Below, piece by piece: positions 1 through 7,207 of a stretch of 29,529 nucleotides of DNA. A model generated the notes under the pieces. The model did not search any database and had not been told where the DNA came from. It saw only the letters and a program-made list of their open reading frames with translations. Made by a program: the position numbers and the translations under genes. The stretch comes from a virus (taxonomy: Duplodnaviria > Caudoviricetes), in IMG/VR virus record IMGVR_UViG_3300020045_001466, positions 1-29,529 of that record. One strand, written 5' to 3'. How positions within the stretch are numbered: position 1 is the first letter of the stretch; each line of letters starts with the position of its first letter.

Positions 1-228
1 AGCCGTGGCGCAAGAATTAAAGCATATACGGCGGGTTACGGGGATTTCAAAGGCTTTGCGGCGGTTATCTCTTACCCGTATGAGCTAAGCGGCGAAAAAT
101 GCCATTTTGAGGCGGTTAAGGCGCTAGTTAAAAAGCACAATTTAGACTGGAATTTAGAAGATATGCGTTTTGGCGATAGCGCTGACGGGCGTGGCTTTTC
201 GTTTTGCTTTGACGCTTCAAAAATTTAA
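1..228 (+). CDS. Small phage early-region protein, 5'-truncated by the window edge
   Basis: Frame 1 is open from base 1 (SRGARIKAYTAG...FDASKI) to TAA at 226-228, which runs into the next gene's GGGG RBS. Not in the ORF track. Confidence 0.7.
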   Translation, partial: SRGARIKAYTAGYGDFKGFAAVISYPYELSGEKCHFEAVKALVKKHNLDWNLEDMRFGDSADGRGFSFCFDASKI

Positions 229-238
229 GGGGCTAAAC

Positions 239-415
239 ATGAATTATGAGCAAAAAGAAATTTGCGCCGTTTTGGGCTTTGAGGGTCAATTACGCTTAAA
301 AATTTGCAATGAGCAAGGCGGGGCAACTAAGTGGCTAAACATAAGCGAAGCGCAAGCGCGGGAAATTTTGCGCGTTTTTAATGAAGAAAAGAAAGGGGAT
401 AAAAATGCAATTTGA
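239..415 (+). CDS. Hypothetical protein (58 aa)
   Basis: TAAGGGGCTAAAC-ATG start at 239; MNYEQKEICAV... Confidence 0.7.
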   Translation: MNYEQKEICAVLGFEGQLRLKICNEQGGATKWLNISEAQAREILRVFNEEKKGDKNAI

Positions 416-686
416 TTATTCATGCACCGGCCCGCGCCTTACCGCGCATAGAAACCCTACCGCTTCGGAGATTCGTTTCGGCCACGGGGCTACACATTAC
501 AAAGAAATTCCAGTTTCTTTGTTTGAATGTTTTATTGTGGGCGGTAAGCGCCGTTTTTCTACCCAATGTGAAGCGATAGATTATGCAAACGCGGTACAAA
601 AGAAGAGCGGCGTTTTTTGCTCTATTGAGCGACACATTAAAAAATTTATTGTTTGCCCGATTGACGGGTTGCGCTATTACAGATAA
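405..686 (+). CDS. Hypothetical protein (93 aa)
   Basis: AAAGGGGATAAAA-ATG at 405; MQFDYSCTGPRL...; overlaps the upstream stop. Confidence 0.7.
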   Translation: MQFDYSCTGPRLTAHRNPTASEIRFGHGATHYKEIPVSLFECFIVGGKRRFSTQCEAIDYANAVQKKSGVFCSIERHIKKFIVCPIDGLRYYR

Positions 687-695
687 GGGGAAACC

Positions 696-887
696 ATGAA
701 ACAGAAAACGGCAACGATTCGTACGAATCACATTTTCGGCACTAAAAATGCGTTTTGTAGCGACGTAATTTATCGCGGGCAGCTACTTAAAAGCCTAAGC
801 GGTGACACCGCGCAAAACCTAACGAATGCCGCCCGTACATGGGCCCATGAAAACGGCTTCACGCATACAAAAATTATTTTCGGATAA
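696..887 (+). CDS. Hypothetical protein (63 aa)
   Basis: TAAGGGGAAACC-ATG junction; present in the ORF track. Confidence 0.75.
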   Translation: MKQKTATIRTNHIFGTKNAFCSDVIYRGQLLKSLSGDTAQNLTNAARTWAHENGFTHTKIIFG

Positions 888-896
888 GGGGGAACA

Positions 897-1043
897 ATGA
901 TTTTTTCACAATTACCCATTGGCGCTAATTTTTACTGCAACGGCAACCTTTGCATTAAGCGCTCAAGCCGTACCGCTTTACTCTGTGATTTTGAGCTGGT
1001 TTTTTACTTTTCTAAAACTGAATGGGTGCAACCATGCAACTAA
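897..1043 (+). CDS. Hypothetical protein (48 aa)
   Basis: TAAGGGGGAACA-ATG; MIFSQLPIGANFYCNGNLCIKRSSRTA...; below the ORF-track cutoff; fills the gap in the operon. Confidence 0.65.
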   Translation: MIFSQLPIGANFYCNGNLCIKRSSRTALLCDFELVFYFSKTEWVQPCN

Positions 1044-1246
1044 CAAACCAAAAAACGGGCGTTACTTTCAAAAGCCGAACCACAAAAGAAAACGGTTCTT
1101 TTGTTGCCGTCGCTACACGGCGAGAAACAAACACAGAGACACTTATTCACCGCGAATTGTGCAAAACGCGCGGCGCTGCGCGGTATCGGGCGGAGCGTGA
1201 AGCGTTCCGCGCATATATGGCACATATTCGTATTTTTAGTATGTAA
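1034..1246 (+). CDS. Hypothetical basic protein (70 aa)
   Basis: GGGTG-preceded ATG at 1034; MQLTNQKTGVTF...; overlaps the upstream stop. Confidence 0.65.
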   Translation: MQLTNQKTGVTFKSRTTKENGSFVAVATRRETNTETLIHRELCKTRGAARYRAEREAFRAYMAHIRIFSM

Positions 1247-1255
1247 GGGGAAACC

Positions 1256-1423
1256 ATGGAAAAAGGAAACATTGGGGTAATTACCACACTTGGGCAAACT
1301 TTACACCGGATAGATTCGATTGACGAAAACGGGCTAATTTATTGCCATTCGCTAGATAAAACGCCGTTTTATCGGGTTTGCAAAGCCGCCGATTTTTGGG
1401 TTCTTCTCAATTCTTTTGACTGA
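1256..1423 (+). CDS. Hypothetical protein (55 aa)
   Basis: TAAGGGGAAACC-ATG; MEKGNIGVITTLG...; followed by a terminator. Confidence 0.7.
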   Translation: MEKGNIGVITTLGQTLHRIDSIDENGLIYCHSLDKTPFYRVCKAADFWVLLNSFD

Positions 1424-1432
1424 TACGGCATT

Positions 1433-1468
1433 TTAAAAAAGGCGCGGGGTTTCCCGCGTTTTTTTTAA
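1433..1468 (+). terminator. Rho-independent terminator, possibly bidirectional
   Basis: A6-GG-CGCGGG-gttt-CCCGCG-T8 just after the last small gene. Confidence 0.85.
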
Positions 1469-1895
1469 GCTGCTAAGTTAGTAAGCGCTTACACCGTAAA
1501 AACGGCCCGTGGGCGCTTCGTTTGTCGTTTTGTATGCGGTGCACCTACTAAGCGAAGCGCGGCCCATGGGCGGCGTTTTGCTGGGTTTACGGCGGCGCGT
1601 GCTGGGTGCATGAATGACGCGCGGCGGGTACTGATTGAACCCGCGCGGGTTACTTTCCAGTAATGCACCACGCGGCGACGAATGGGGCAACGAATCACGG
1701 CGCGGCGTATGCAAAGCGGCGGCGGGTTAAGCGGTACGGCGGCGCGTATGCGGTGCAATACGGGCAAAACGGCGGCGCGGTACAGATAAGGCGGAGCGGT
1801 GACTGATTCAAGGGCGCGGCGGTAACGCGGCGCGGTGCATACGGTTAAGCGGTTTGTTAAGCGGTGTAAAAGCCAGATTCATAAAATACTATATG

Positions 1896-1908
1896 AATCA
1901 AGCACTTA
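1896..1908 (+). promoter_or_regulatory. IHF-binding consensus site
   Basis: AATCAAGCACTTA matches WATCAANNNNTTR exactly, with an AT-rich tract upstream. Confidence 0.55.
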
Positions 1909-2067
1909 GAGACGGTTTGCAAAACTTTTCTCGCCGTGAAACACTATTGTTTCACGTAAGAATTGTAAGTTTTGTAAGGTTTGTCAGTTTCACGGCCATT
2001 TTTACGTGCCTAGACCCCCTCCGTGGATTTTTTGGGGCAAAAACGATCCTTGATTTCAAGTCGAAAA

Positions 2068-2346
2068 TTATTTCGGCCAGCCATCCAGTCCTACAAACGG
2101 CTTTGCATCTGAGCCGTTTTCGATTCGCTGCTTGTCGACGTTGTGGCACTCTGCGCACAAACTTTGGAACGGGCCAGACCAGAATTTGTCAAGATCGCCA
2201 CGGTGTGGTTCGATGTGATCGCACACGGTCGCCATGGTGATGATTCCACGAGCCAGACAGAACTCGCACAGCGGCTGCTTCTGCAATTGATTGCGCCGGA
2301 GGTCTTTCCAAGCGTTGTTTTGGTACAGATGGGTGTGGCGGCTCAT
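2068..2346 (-). CDS. HNH endonuclease (HK97 gp74-like, packaging-associated type)
   Basis: W..LR...L..QPLCEFC...ATVCDHIEPHRGD...FW...FQSLCAECHN motifs. Confidence 0.9.
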   Translation of the reverse strand: MSRHTHLYQNNAWKDLRRNQLQKQPLCEFCLARGIITMATVCDHIEPHRGDLDKFWSGPFQSLCAECHNVDKQRIENGSDAKPFVGLDGWPK

Positions 2347-2395
2347 GTAAGTTTCCAGTCAGCGTTTTTCTTCACATTGTAAGTTTCGTGTCAGA

Positions 2396-2674
2396 AGGTT
2401 ACAAGCTAGCGTTTTGCTTGTAACCTGTCGCAAGCCGCATGGTTACTGGCTTCTCGACCAAAAGGTTACAGGTTACAAGTTGTGCGCAGTTCCAGCCAGT
2501 TTTGTGGCGGAGGCGCTGCGGGTACCTCTGTGCTGCCCTTTATACATTCTCTCTCTATAACTTGTATACTTCACAGAACTTGTAACCTTTTAGAAGAATA
2601 GTGAGTATTCATGCGGGTTTCCAAAGGTTACAAGTGAGGTTACAAGTAGGTTACAAGCTGCCCAACTTGTAACC
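2396..2674. repeat. Iteron array, putative replication origin
   Basis: GGTTACAAG at 2397, 2471, 2626, 2638, 2649; its reverse complement at 2417, 2579, 2666; abuts the primase stop codon. Confidence 0.75.
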
Positions 2675-5098
2675 TCACCGGTGCATCGTGTCATCCAGCA
2701 GTGAACGCAGTGTTGCGGTCAATGAATCACCCTCTTTCAGCTCCATGGACTCAGGAACCCAGACTCGATGTGTTCCGCGATCCCACTTGACGATGCCTGC
2801 GTTTTTGAACTTCAATGACTGGAGAGCAGAAGAGAGCCTGCTGGTGTTGATGCTGGTTCGCTCAAGATCTCCAATAAGGGACGTAAGGCAGCGTGTTGAC
2901 ACGATCTGCTTGCTGACCCCTCGGCCACCAATCTCAATCGCCTCCTGCACCGATTGCGTGTTTTCATTCATGCTGTTCTTCGCCATCAGCATCTTGGCGT
3001 CCGTCATCTTCGGCCCAGCGTTGCGATCAAAGCTGGCCAGATCAATGCTCAGCAGCCACCCGCGTAAAACCGAGGGAAAACCCTTGATCGCGTAATCATT
3101 CAATCTCGACCAGTAGTCCTGATCGAAAGTTGCAACGACCTCCGCGCGGTCTTTGAACTTGGTGAAAAACACGCCCCAGCGTCGATCGTGCTCGTCAATG
3201 GCCAGCGCGTCCCTGAAGTTACTTAGCGCCATGTAATTCTGGGTGTTGACCACGTTTCGGCCGTCGCGCCCTTTGGCCACCACGTCGATCACATCGTTGG
3301 TGATGAGCTCCTTGAGTTTGTTCATGAAGTCGTGGCGCGAATGGCCAGGCGCACGGATTTCCTCGAACACAGCCAGACAACTACCCTCGGCCCATGAGTT
3401 GAACTCCGAGCGCGTGGCTTGCAGGCCGACTACCTTGGTGTTCTTTGCACCCATGGCTGCGGCCATGATCTTGGCCAAAACCGTTTTACCATCACCTTGG
3501 ATGCCGACGATGATCGGAGCCCACAGAATCTTCTTGCCAGGGTATTGGACGTTGTGTGCCATAAACATGAGCACATCCATCCAGTCGTTAGGCAATATGG
3601 TCTTCAGGTGATTCAGGCAGATCTGCCATGCGTCGTGCTGCTGCCAGTTTTCGTCGATCTTCGGCGTGCCGATCTCGTTGTACGTGTTGAGGTATCGAAT
3701 GCCGTCGATCTCGAAGATCGGGTTGCCGTTCCACATCGTTGGCAGATACATCGTGTTGTGCACCGCTGCACCTGCTTGGTCTTTCATCAGGTACAGGGCC
3801 GCGTTTGGCTTCTTTCCAGCCTCGGCAGGCATATACGACGCAAACAAGGCTGCGTGTGTCATGTTGAACGCATCCACCGTGAGCTGGCGCATGGTTTTTA
3901 GGTGAATGAACGTCTTGGATGACTCGATGTAGACCCACTGCGAATTGAACTCTTCCCAAGCCTCTTGCGACAGCGCGTGGTATTTCGTTGGCTCATCAGA
4001 CTGCTGAATGATCTCGCCAGTGTCAGGATCTATCGTCTCTGGAGCTCTGACGGGCTCAGGAGCGGCCACAGAGCGCTGTTTTACCTCTGGTGCATACCGA
4101 GGCTTCAGTTTGCCTTTTGAGAACGCGCTATGCAGCGTAGCGTCAATCTCGTTGGTGTCTAAACCGTTCACCTCGGCAGCGTCCGACAGTGCGTGCCATG
4201 CCATAGGTTCGCTGAGCTGGCCAGAGCCGACGAACTGAGCGATGCTGAAGGCTTCGTTGTTGAGTGTGTTGTTGCGCTCGCCAGAAGGTGCGTTTTGAAC
4301 CTTGTTGACGGCATCCTGCAACGCCGTGAGCACGTACTTCATGTTTGACGCGCCAGCAATTGGAGCCGAGGCAGCTGGTTTTTTCTTTGGCTCTTCCGCG
4401 ACTGGAACCGCAGCAAAAGAACGCAGCATCTCAGGCGTCACGAGCTCATCAGATGAGCCTACCGACAGAAGCATCGAGCGGCGATGTGGGCGCTCATCCG
4501 TTTCCTCGCCCTTCTTGGCGATGGTTCCGTACAGTTTGACGATTCGTGCGGCGTTGTAAACCACAGTGTCAACCTTAGCGTGCTCGTCGCTGAATTTGTT
4601 GCTTAGCTCATTCAGGAAAGCGCGAACCAGCTTGGTTGATTCCTCGTTGTTTTCCATGTCGCATGGATAGATCAGGTGGTAGCCGTTGCCAGAGTCTGCT
4701 GTATATGGATCTGGCCAACCGCATGACTTCAGGTATTGCTCGACCTTGGATATGACGATGAGCGAGTTTTCTTTCTCTTCGCCGGTGCTAGACACATCAG
4801 CAGGCCGAACAGGATCAACGTCAACCAGAATGAAGTACCGACGATCAATGTCAGCATCCTTTGTGAGCGCAGATCGCTGCTCTCCAGTGCGAGAGAGTGC
4901 TTCAGGCTTGATTGGATTGAGCGTCACATAGATCGCATCGGCGATTCCATCGTGTCGTTCAATCAGGCCCAGAATTTCTTTGCTGCTGTTCTTGCCGAAA
5001 AACCAGCCGGACATACCTTGCTTGGTTTTGATTCGGATCTCAATGGCTTGATGCCGAGTGAACAGAGACTTGAATGTTTTTGCTATTGCGGATTTCAT
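2675..5098 (-). CDS. DNA primase-helicase (AEP prim-pol-like N-terminus, DUF5906/SF3-like NTPase C-terminus)
   Basis: 807 aa; DVD and DSGNGYHL prim-pol motifs; GERNNTLN primase C-terminal-like segment; Walker A GIQGDGKT; VFEE Walker B; DRRW. Confidence 0.85.
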   Translation of the reverse strand: MKSAIAKTFKSLFTRHQAIEIRIKTKQGMSGWFFGKNSSKEILGLIERHDGIADAIYVTLNPIKPEALSRTGEQRSALTKDADIDRRYFILVDVDPVRPADVSSTGEEKENSLIVISKVEQYLKSCGWPDPYTADSGNGYHLIYPCDMENNEESTKLVRAFLNELSNKFSDEHAKVDTVVYNAARIVKLYGTIAKKGEETDERPHRRSMLLSVGSSDELVTPEMLRSFAAVPVAEEPKKKPAASAPIAGASNMKYVLTALQDAVNKVQNAPSGERNNTLNNEAFSIAQFVGSGQLSEPMAWHALSDAAEVNGLDTNEIDATLHSAFSKGKLKPRYAPEVKQRSVAAPEPVRAPETIDPDTGEIIQQSDEPTKYHALSQEAWEEFNSQWVYIESSKTFIHLKTMRQLTVDAFNMTHAALFASYMPAEAGKKPNAALYLMKDQAGAAVHNTMYLPTMWNGNPIFEIDGIRYLNTYNEIGTPKIDENWQQHDAWQICLNHLKTILPNDWMDVLMFMAHNVQYPGKKILWAPIIVGIQGDGKTVLAKIMAAAMGAKNTKVVGLQATRSEFNSWAEGSCLAVFEEIRAPGHSRHDFMNKLKELITNDVIDVVAKGRDGRNVVNTQNYMALSNFRDALAIDEHDRRWGVFFTKFKDRAEVVATFDQDYWSRLNDYAIKGFPSVLRGWLLSIDLASFDRNAGPKMTDAKMLMAKNSMNENTQSVQEAIEIGGRGVSKQIVSTRCLTSLIGDLERTSINTSRLSSALQSLKFKNAGIVKWDRGTHRVWVPESMELKEGDSLTATLRSLLDDTMHR

Positions 5099-5127
5099 CG
5101 TTTGACCTTGCGAACTGACCAGAAAGA

Positions 5128-5194
5128 AGACGGAGGCAGGTGATGGTCAGTCACTCTTCGACTCGGGGAGCTACCCTCTATCTAGCCACGTCTC
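5128..5194 (-). ncRNA. c4/CI-like structured antisense RNA in the primase leader
   Basis: Minus strand: closing stem AGACG..GGC/GCC..CGTCT, hairpin GGG-TAGCT-CCC, and hairpin GTGA-CTGACCA-TCAC whose loop is complementary to TGGTCAG downstream. Confidence 0.6.
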
Positions 5195-5198
5195 AAAA

Positions 5199-5216
5199 AC
5201 TATATCACACTTGTGA
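5199..5216 (-). promoter_or_regulatory. Promoter (extended -10 TG-A-TATAGT) with an overlapping TCAC-N4-GTGA palindrome
   Basis: Minus strand TCACAAGTGTGA-TATAGT directly upstream of the structured RNA and primase; poor -35. Confidence 0.55.
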
Positions 5217-5408
5217 ATCACGTCTCAGCTTTGGCAACGGAGCCCAGTGCGTGTAGAAGTCGCCTTTGCCGTGGTACTCACCGTACATGGCCACTCCGCC
5301 TTTTCCGAGCAGCTGCACCTTAGCTCCGCGTGGGCAGGTTTCAATCGGTTGCCAGAAGTAGTTGTGATCTACGGCGGCTTTACCTGTGCTGTCTATTTGC
5401 GTTGTCAT
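5205..5408 (-). CDS. Hypothetical protein (DUF551-like WQPIETCP...THWAPLP)
   Basis: Motif common in phage small proteins; ATGA overlap with the upstream gene. Confidence 0.75.
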   Translation of the reverse strand: MTTQIDSTGKAAVDHNYFWQPIETCPRGAKVQLLGKGGVAMYGEYHGKGDFYTHWAPLPKLRRDSQV

Positions 5409-5722
5409 GCTTCACCTCTTGCTTTGATTGCTTCAGCTACATCGCGGCAGCCAGTGCGCCACGTTTTGTTCATGTTTGCACTTGTTAAACTCATTGATTC
5501 AGCAATCTTTAAGCAAGCCTCACGCTCCTCTTTAACAGCAAGATCAACAAAATGAGGTGGAACCCATGTGTAAATGATTTCCTCGCGCAATTCTTTTCTC
5601 GTTTTGTCTTCTACCAGTTTTACAAGGCGTTTAAGTTCGGATGCGTCTACAAATCCACCATTGTGCTTATCCAAACGAATACCAGCCTGTCTTGCCATCT
5701 CCATCACATCATCTCTCTGCAT
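5405..5722 (-). CDS. Hypothetical phage protein (EREAC...AIKARG family)
   Basis: Start MQRDDVMEMARQAG preceded by AAGGAG; recurrent phage motif. Confidence 0.7.
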   Translation of the reverse strand: MQRDDVMEMARQAGIRLDKHNGGFVDASELKRLVKLVEDKTRKELREEIIYTWVPPHFVDLAVKEEREACLKIAESMSLTSANMNKTWRTGCRDVAEAIKARGEA

Positions 5723-5891
5723 TGCGCTTCTCCTTATAAATGACACGCAGCTTCGGCAACAACTTCGCGTGCGAATCTGGGTATTTTTCTTTCAGCCACT
5801 GCACGACTCTGAAGACATAGAAAGACGTATTGCTACGCCTCTCCAGAAACTTCAGTAGCTCTGCTTCAGCTGCGTGGGTTTTGTTACTCAT
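5709..5891 (-). CDS. Hypothetical protein
   Basis: ATGA overlap at 5888-5891; fits operon packing. Confidence 0.55.
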   Translation of the reverse strand: MSNKTHAAEAELLKFLERRSNTSFYVFRVVQWLKEKYPDSHAKLLPKLRVIYKEKRNAER

Positions 5892-6136
5892 GGCTTGCTG
5901 GATAGTCCGCGCCAGCATGAATCTTTAATCTTCATGTCTCTTGATAAGAATGGCATAACATTTGCCTTTGTTGCATCACTAATAGTTCGTGCGCAAAGCC
6001 TCCATCCTTCCTTATCGTAATACGCAAAATTATTTGCAACACAGACAGGCGTGTGAACCTCATAAACACCAGCACGCACAGGCTTGATGCTGGATGGAAA
6101 CCACTCAGTAACACCATGGGTTTGTTTTGACTTCAT
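5888..6136 (-). CDS. Hypothetical phage protein (TEWFP...KPVR.GVYEV...WRGL)
   Basis: AAGGAG RBS; recurrent phage motif. Confidence 0.7.
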   Translation of the reverse strand: MKSKQTHGVTEWFPSSIKPVRAGVYEVHTPVCVANNFAYYDKEGWRLCARTISDATKANVMPFLSRDMKIKDSCWRGLSSKP

Positions 6137-6479
6137 CAATAAACTCCTTCATCTGTTGTGGCGACCTGATAAGACGATACCGGCCACCCCGCTTGTTGAA
6201 CGCTTGCTCCCACTTGACTTGCGCCTCTCGCTGTTTGCCTTTGAGTGTCTTGAACTCTGCGGCTGCGCAGACTGCAACGGTCTTTCCAACCATGTCTGGT
6301 GTGATGACGACTTTGACAATCGCGATCGAGTCCGAGACGCCTGGCGTTCCGACTTTAACGATTCGACTTGGATCATCCATTGAGCGAAAGACGCCCGATT
6401 GAAGTCGCATTGCCAAAACGTCTGGATCAGAACCGATTGCAAGTAGTGAAGCATTTTGAATATTTTTTTCTTTTAACAC
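6105..6479 (-). CDS. VRR-NUC-like nuclease (PD-(D/E)XK fold)
   Basis: E..IQ, GTPGVSD, EFKT..GKQREAQVKW, GGRYRLIRS motifs; GTG start with GGAG RBS. Confidence 0.8.
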   Translation of the reverse strand: MLKEKNIQNASLLAIGSDPDVLAMRLQSGVFRSMDDPSRIVKVGTPGVSDSIAIVKVVITPDMVGKTVAVCAAAEFKTLKGKQREAQVKWEQAFNKRGGRYRLIRSPQQMKEFIDEVKTNPWCY

Positions 6480-6531
6480 GGCAACTCCAGTAAAATTTCA
6501 ACCGTAAGTTGCCGTTTCTCCAAGGGACGTT

Positions 6532-6565
6532 AAATGCCGCAGACCGAAACCTGCGGCATTTTTTT
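6532..6565. terminator. Terminator-like hairpin downstream of ssb
   Basis: AAATGCCGCAG-N8-CTGCGGCATTT; the long U tract is on the + strand, with only UUUA on the coding (-) strand. Confidence 0.6.
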
Positions 6566-6567
6566 CG

Positions 6568-7005
6568 TTAGAACGGGATGTCATCGTCCATATCGTCTGG
6601 ATGACCTCGGCGCTGAGCTGGAGGAGCCGGTGGACGCTGAGCTGGAGCCGCAGCAGGACGCGCTTGCTGTTGCTGGCCAGCGTTGTCGGGCTTGCTGCCG
6701 ACGAACTCGATATTCGTCACCGTGCCAACCAGTTTGAAGCCAGTGCCGCCGCTGTTCTTCGTGTATTCCTCAGTGTGCACATCATCCAGCGTGACGCAAA
6801 CTTGCTGGCCTTTGACAAGGTACTGCACCAAGCCTTCAGCGCGTTTGCCCCATAGAACTCCTTCGATCCACTGTGATTGACGATTGCCTTGCTGATCTTT
6901 CTTGCCGTAGTTGTACGCCAGTGAAAGATTTGTTACTGCATCGCCTGACTGAATATGGCGAAGTTCGCAGTCTTTGCCCAAACGGGCTACACCAATAATT
7001 TGCAT
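6568..7005 (-). CDS. ssb: Single-stranded DNA-binding protein
   Basis: OB-fold signatures (ARLGKD, WIEGVLWGKRAE, YLVKGQQV), Q/P/A-rich linker, C-terminal DDDIPF. Confidence 0.92.
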   Translation of the reverse strand: MQIIGVARLGKDCELRHIQSGDAVTNLSLAYNYGKKDQQGNRQSQWIEGVLWGKRAEGLVQYLVKGQQVCVTLDDVHTEEYTKNSGGTGFKLVGTVTNIEFVGSKPDNAGQQQQARPAAAPAQRPPAPPAQRRGHPDDMDDDIPF

Positions 7006-7006
7006 T

Positions 7007-7207
7007 TTATTTCTCCTGAGTTAATGCGTTGTGGGATTCTTGTGCGGCCTTGATCTCTTCAATCGCCGCGTTTCTCATCATCTCGAACAGTGGCTTTGCT
7101 TGTGCTGGATCTCTGGTTTTTAAACCTTCGAGAATCAAATTGATCTCGTCGATACCAAGCACGAAGTTGACCTTGACTGCTCGATGATCAAAACATTGGT
7201 TCGTCAT
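7007..7207 (-). CDS. Hypothetical protein (66 aa)
   Basis: MTNQCFDHRAV...; fills the gap between the AAA ATPase gene and ssb. Confidence 0.6.
   Translation of the reverse strand: MTNQCFDHRAVKVNFVLGIDEINLILEGLKTRDPAQAKPLFEMMRNAAIEEIKAAQESHNALTQEK

Noticed and set aside
1478-1767. Minus-strand ORFs 1478-1714 and 1489-1767
   Set aside because: Arg/Pro/Ala-rich translations of a GC-rich repeat tract, with no RBS or recognisable motif.
2396-2674. Repeat cluster as a CRISPR array
   Set aside because: Repeats are only 9 bp, occur in both orientations with irregular spacing, and no cas genes are present.
5128-5194. Multi-stem fold as a tRNA
   Set aside because: No T-loop GTTC motif, D-loop pattern or CCA end; loop-target complementarity fits a c4-like RNA better.
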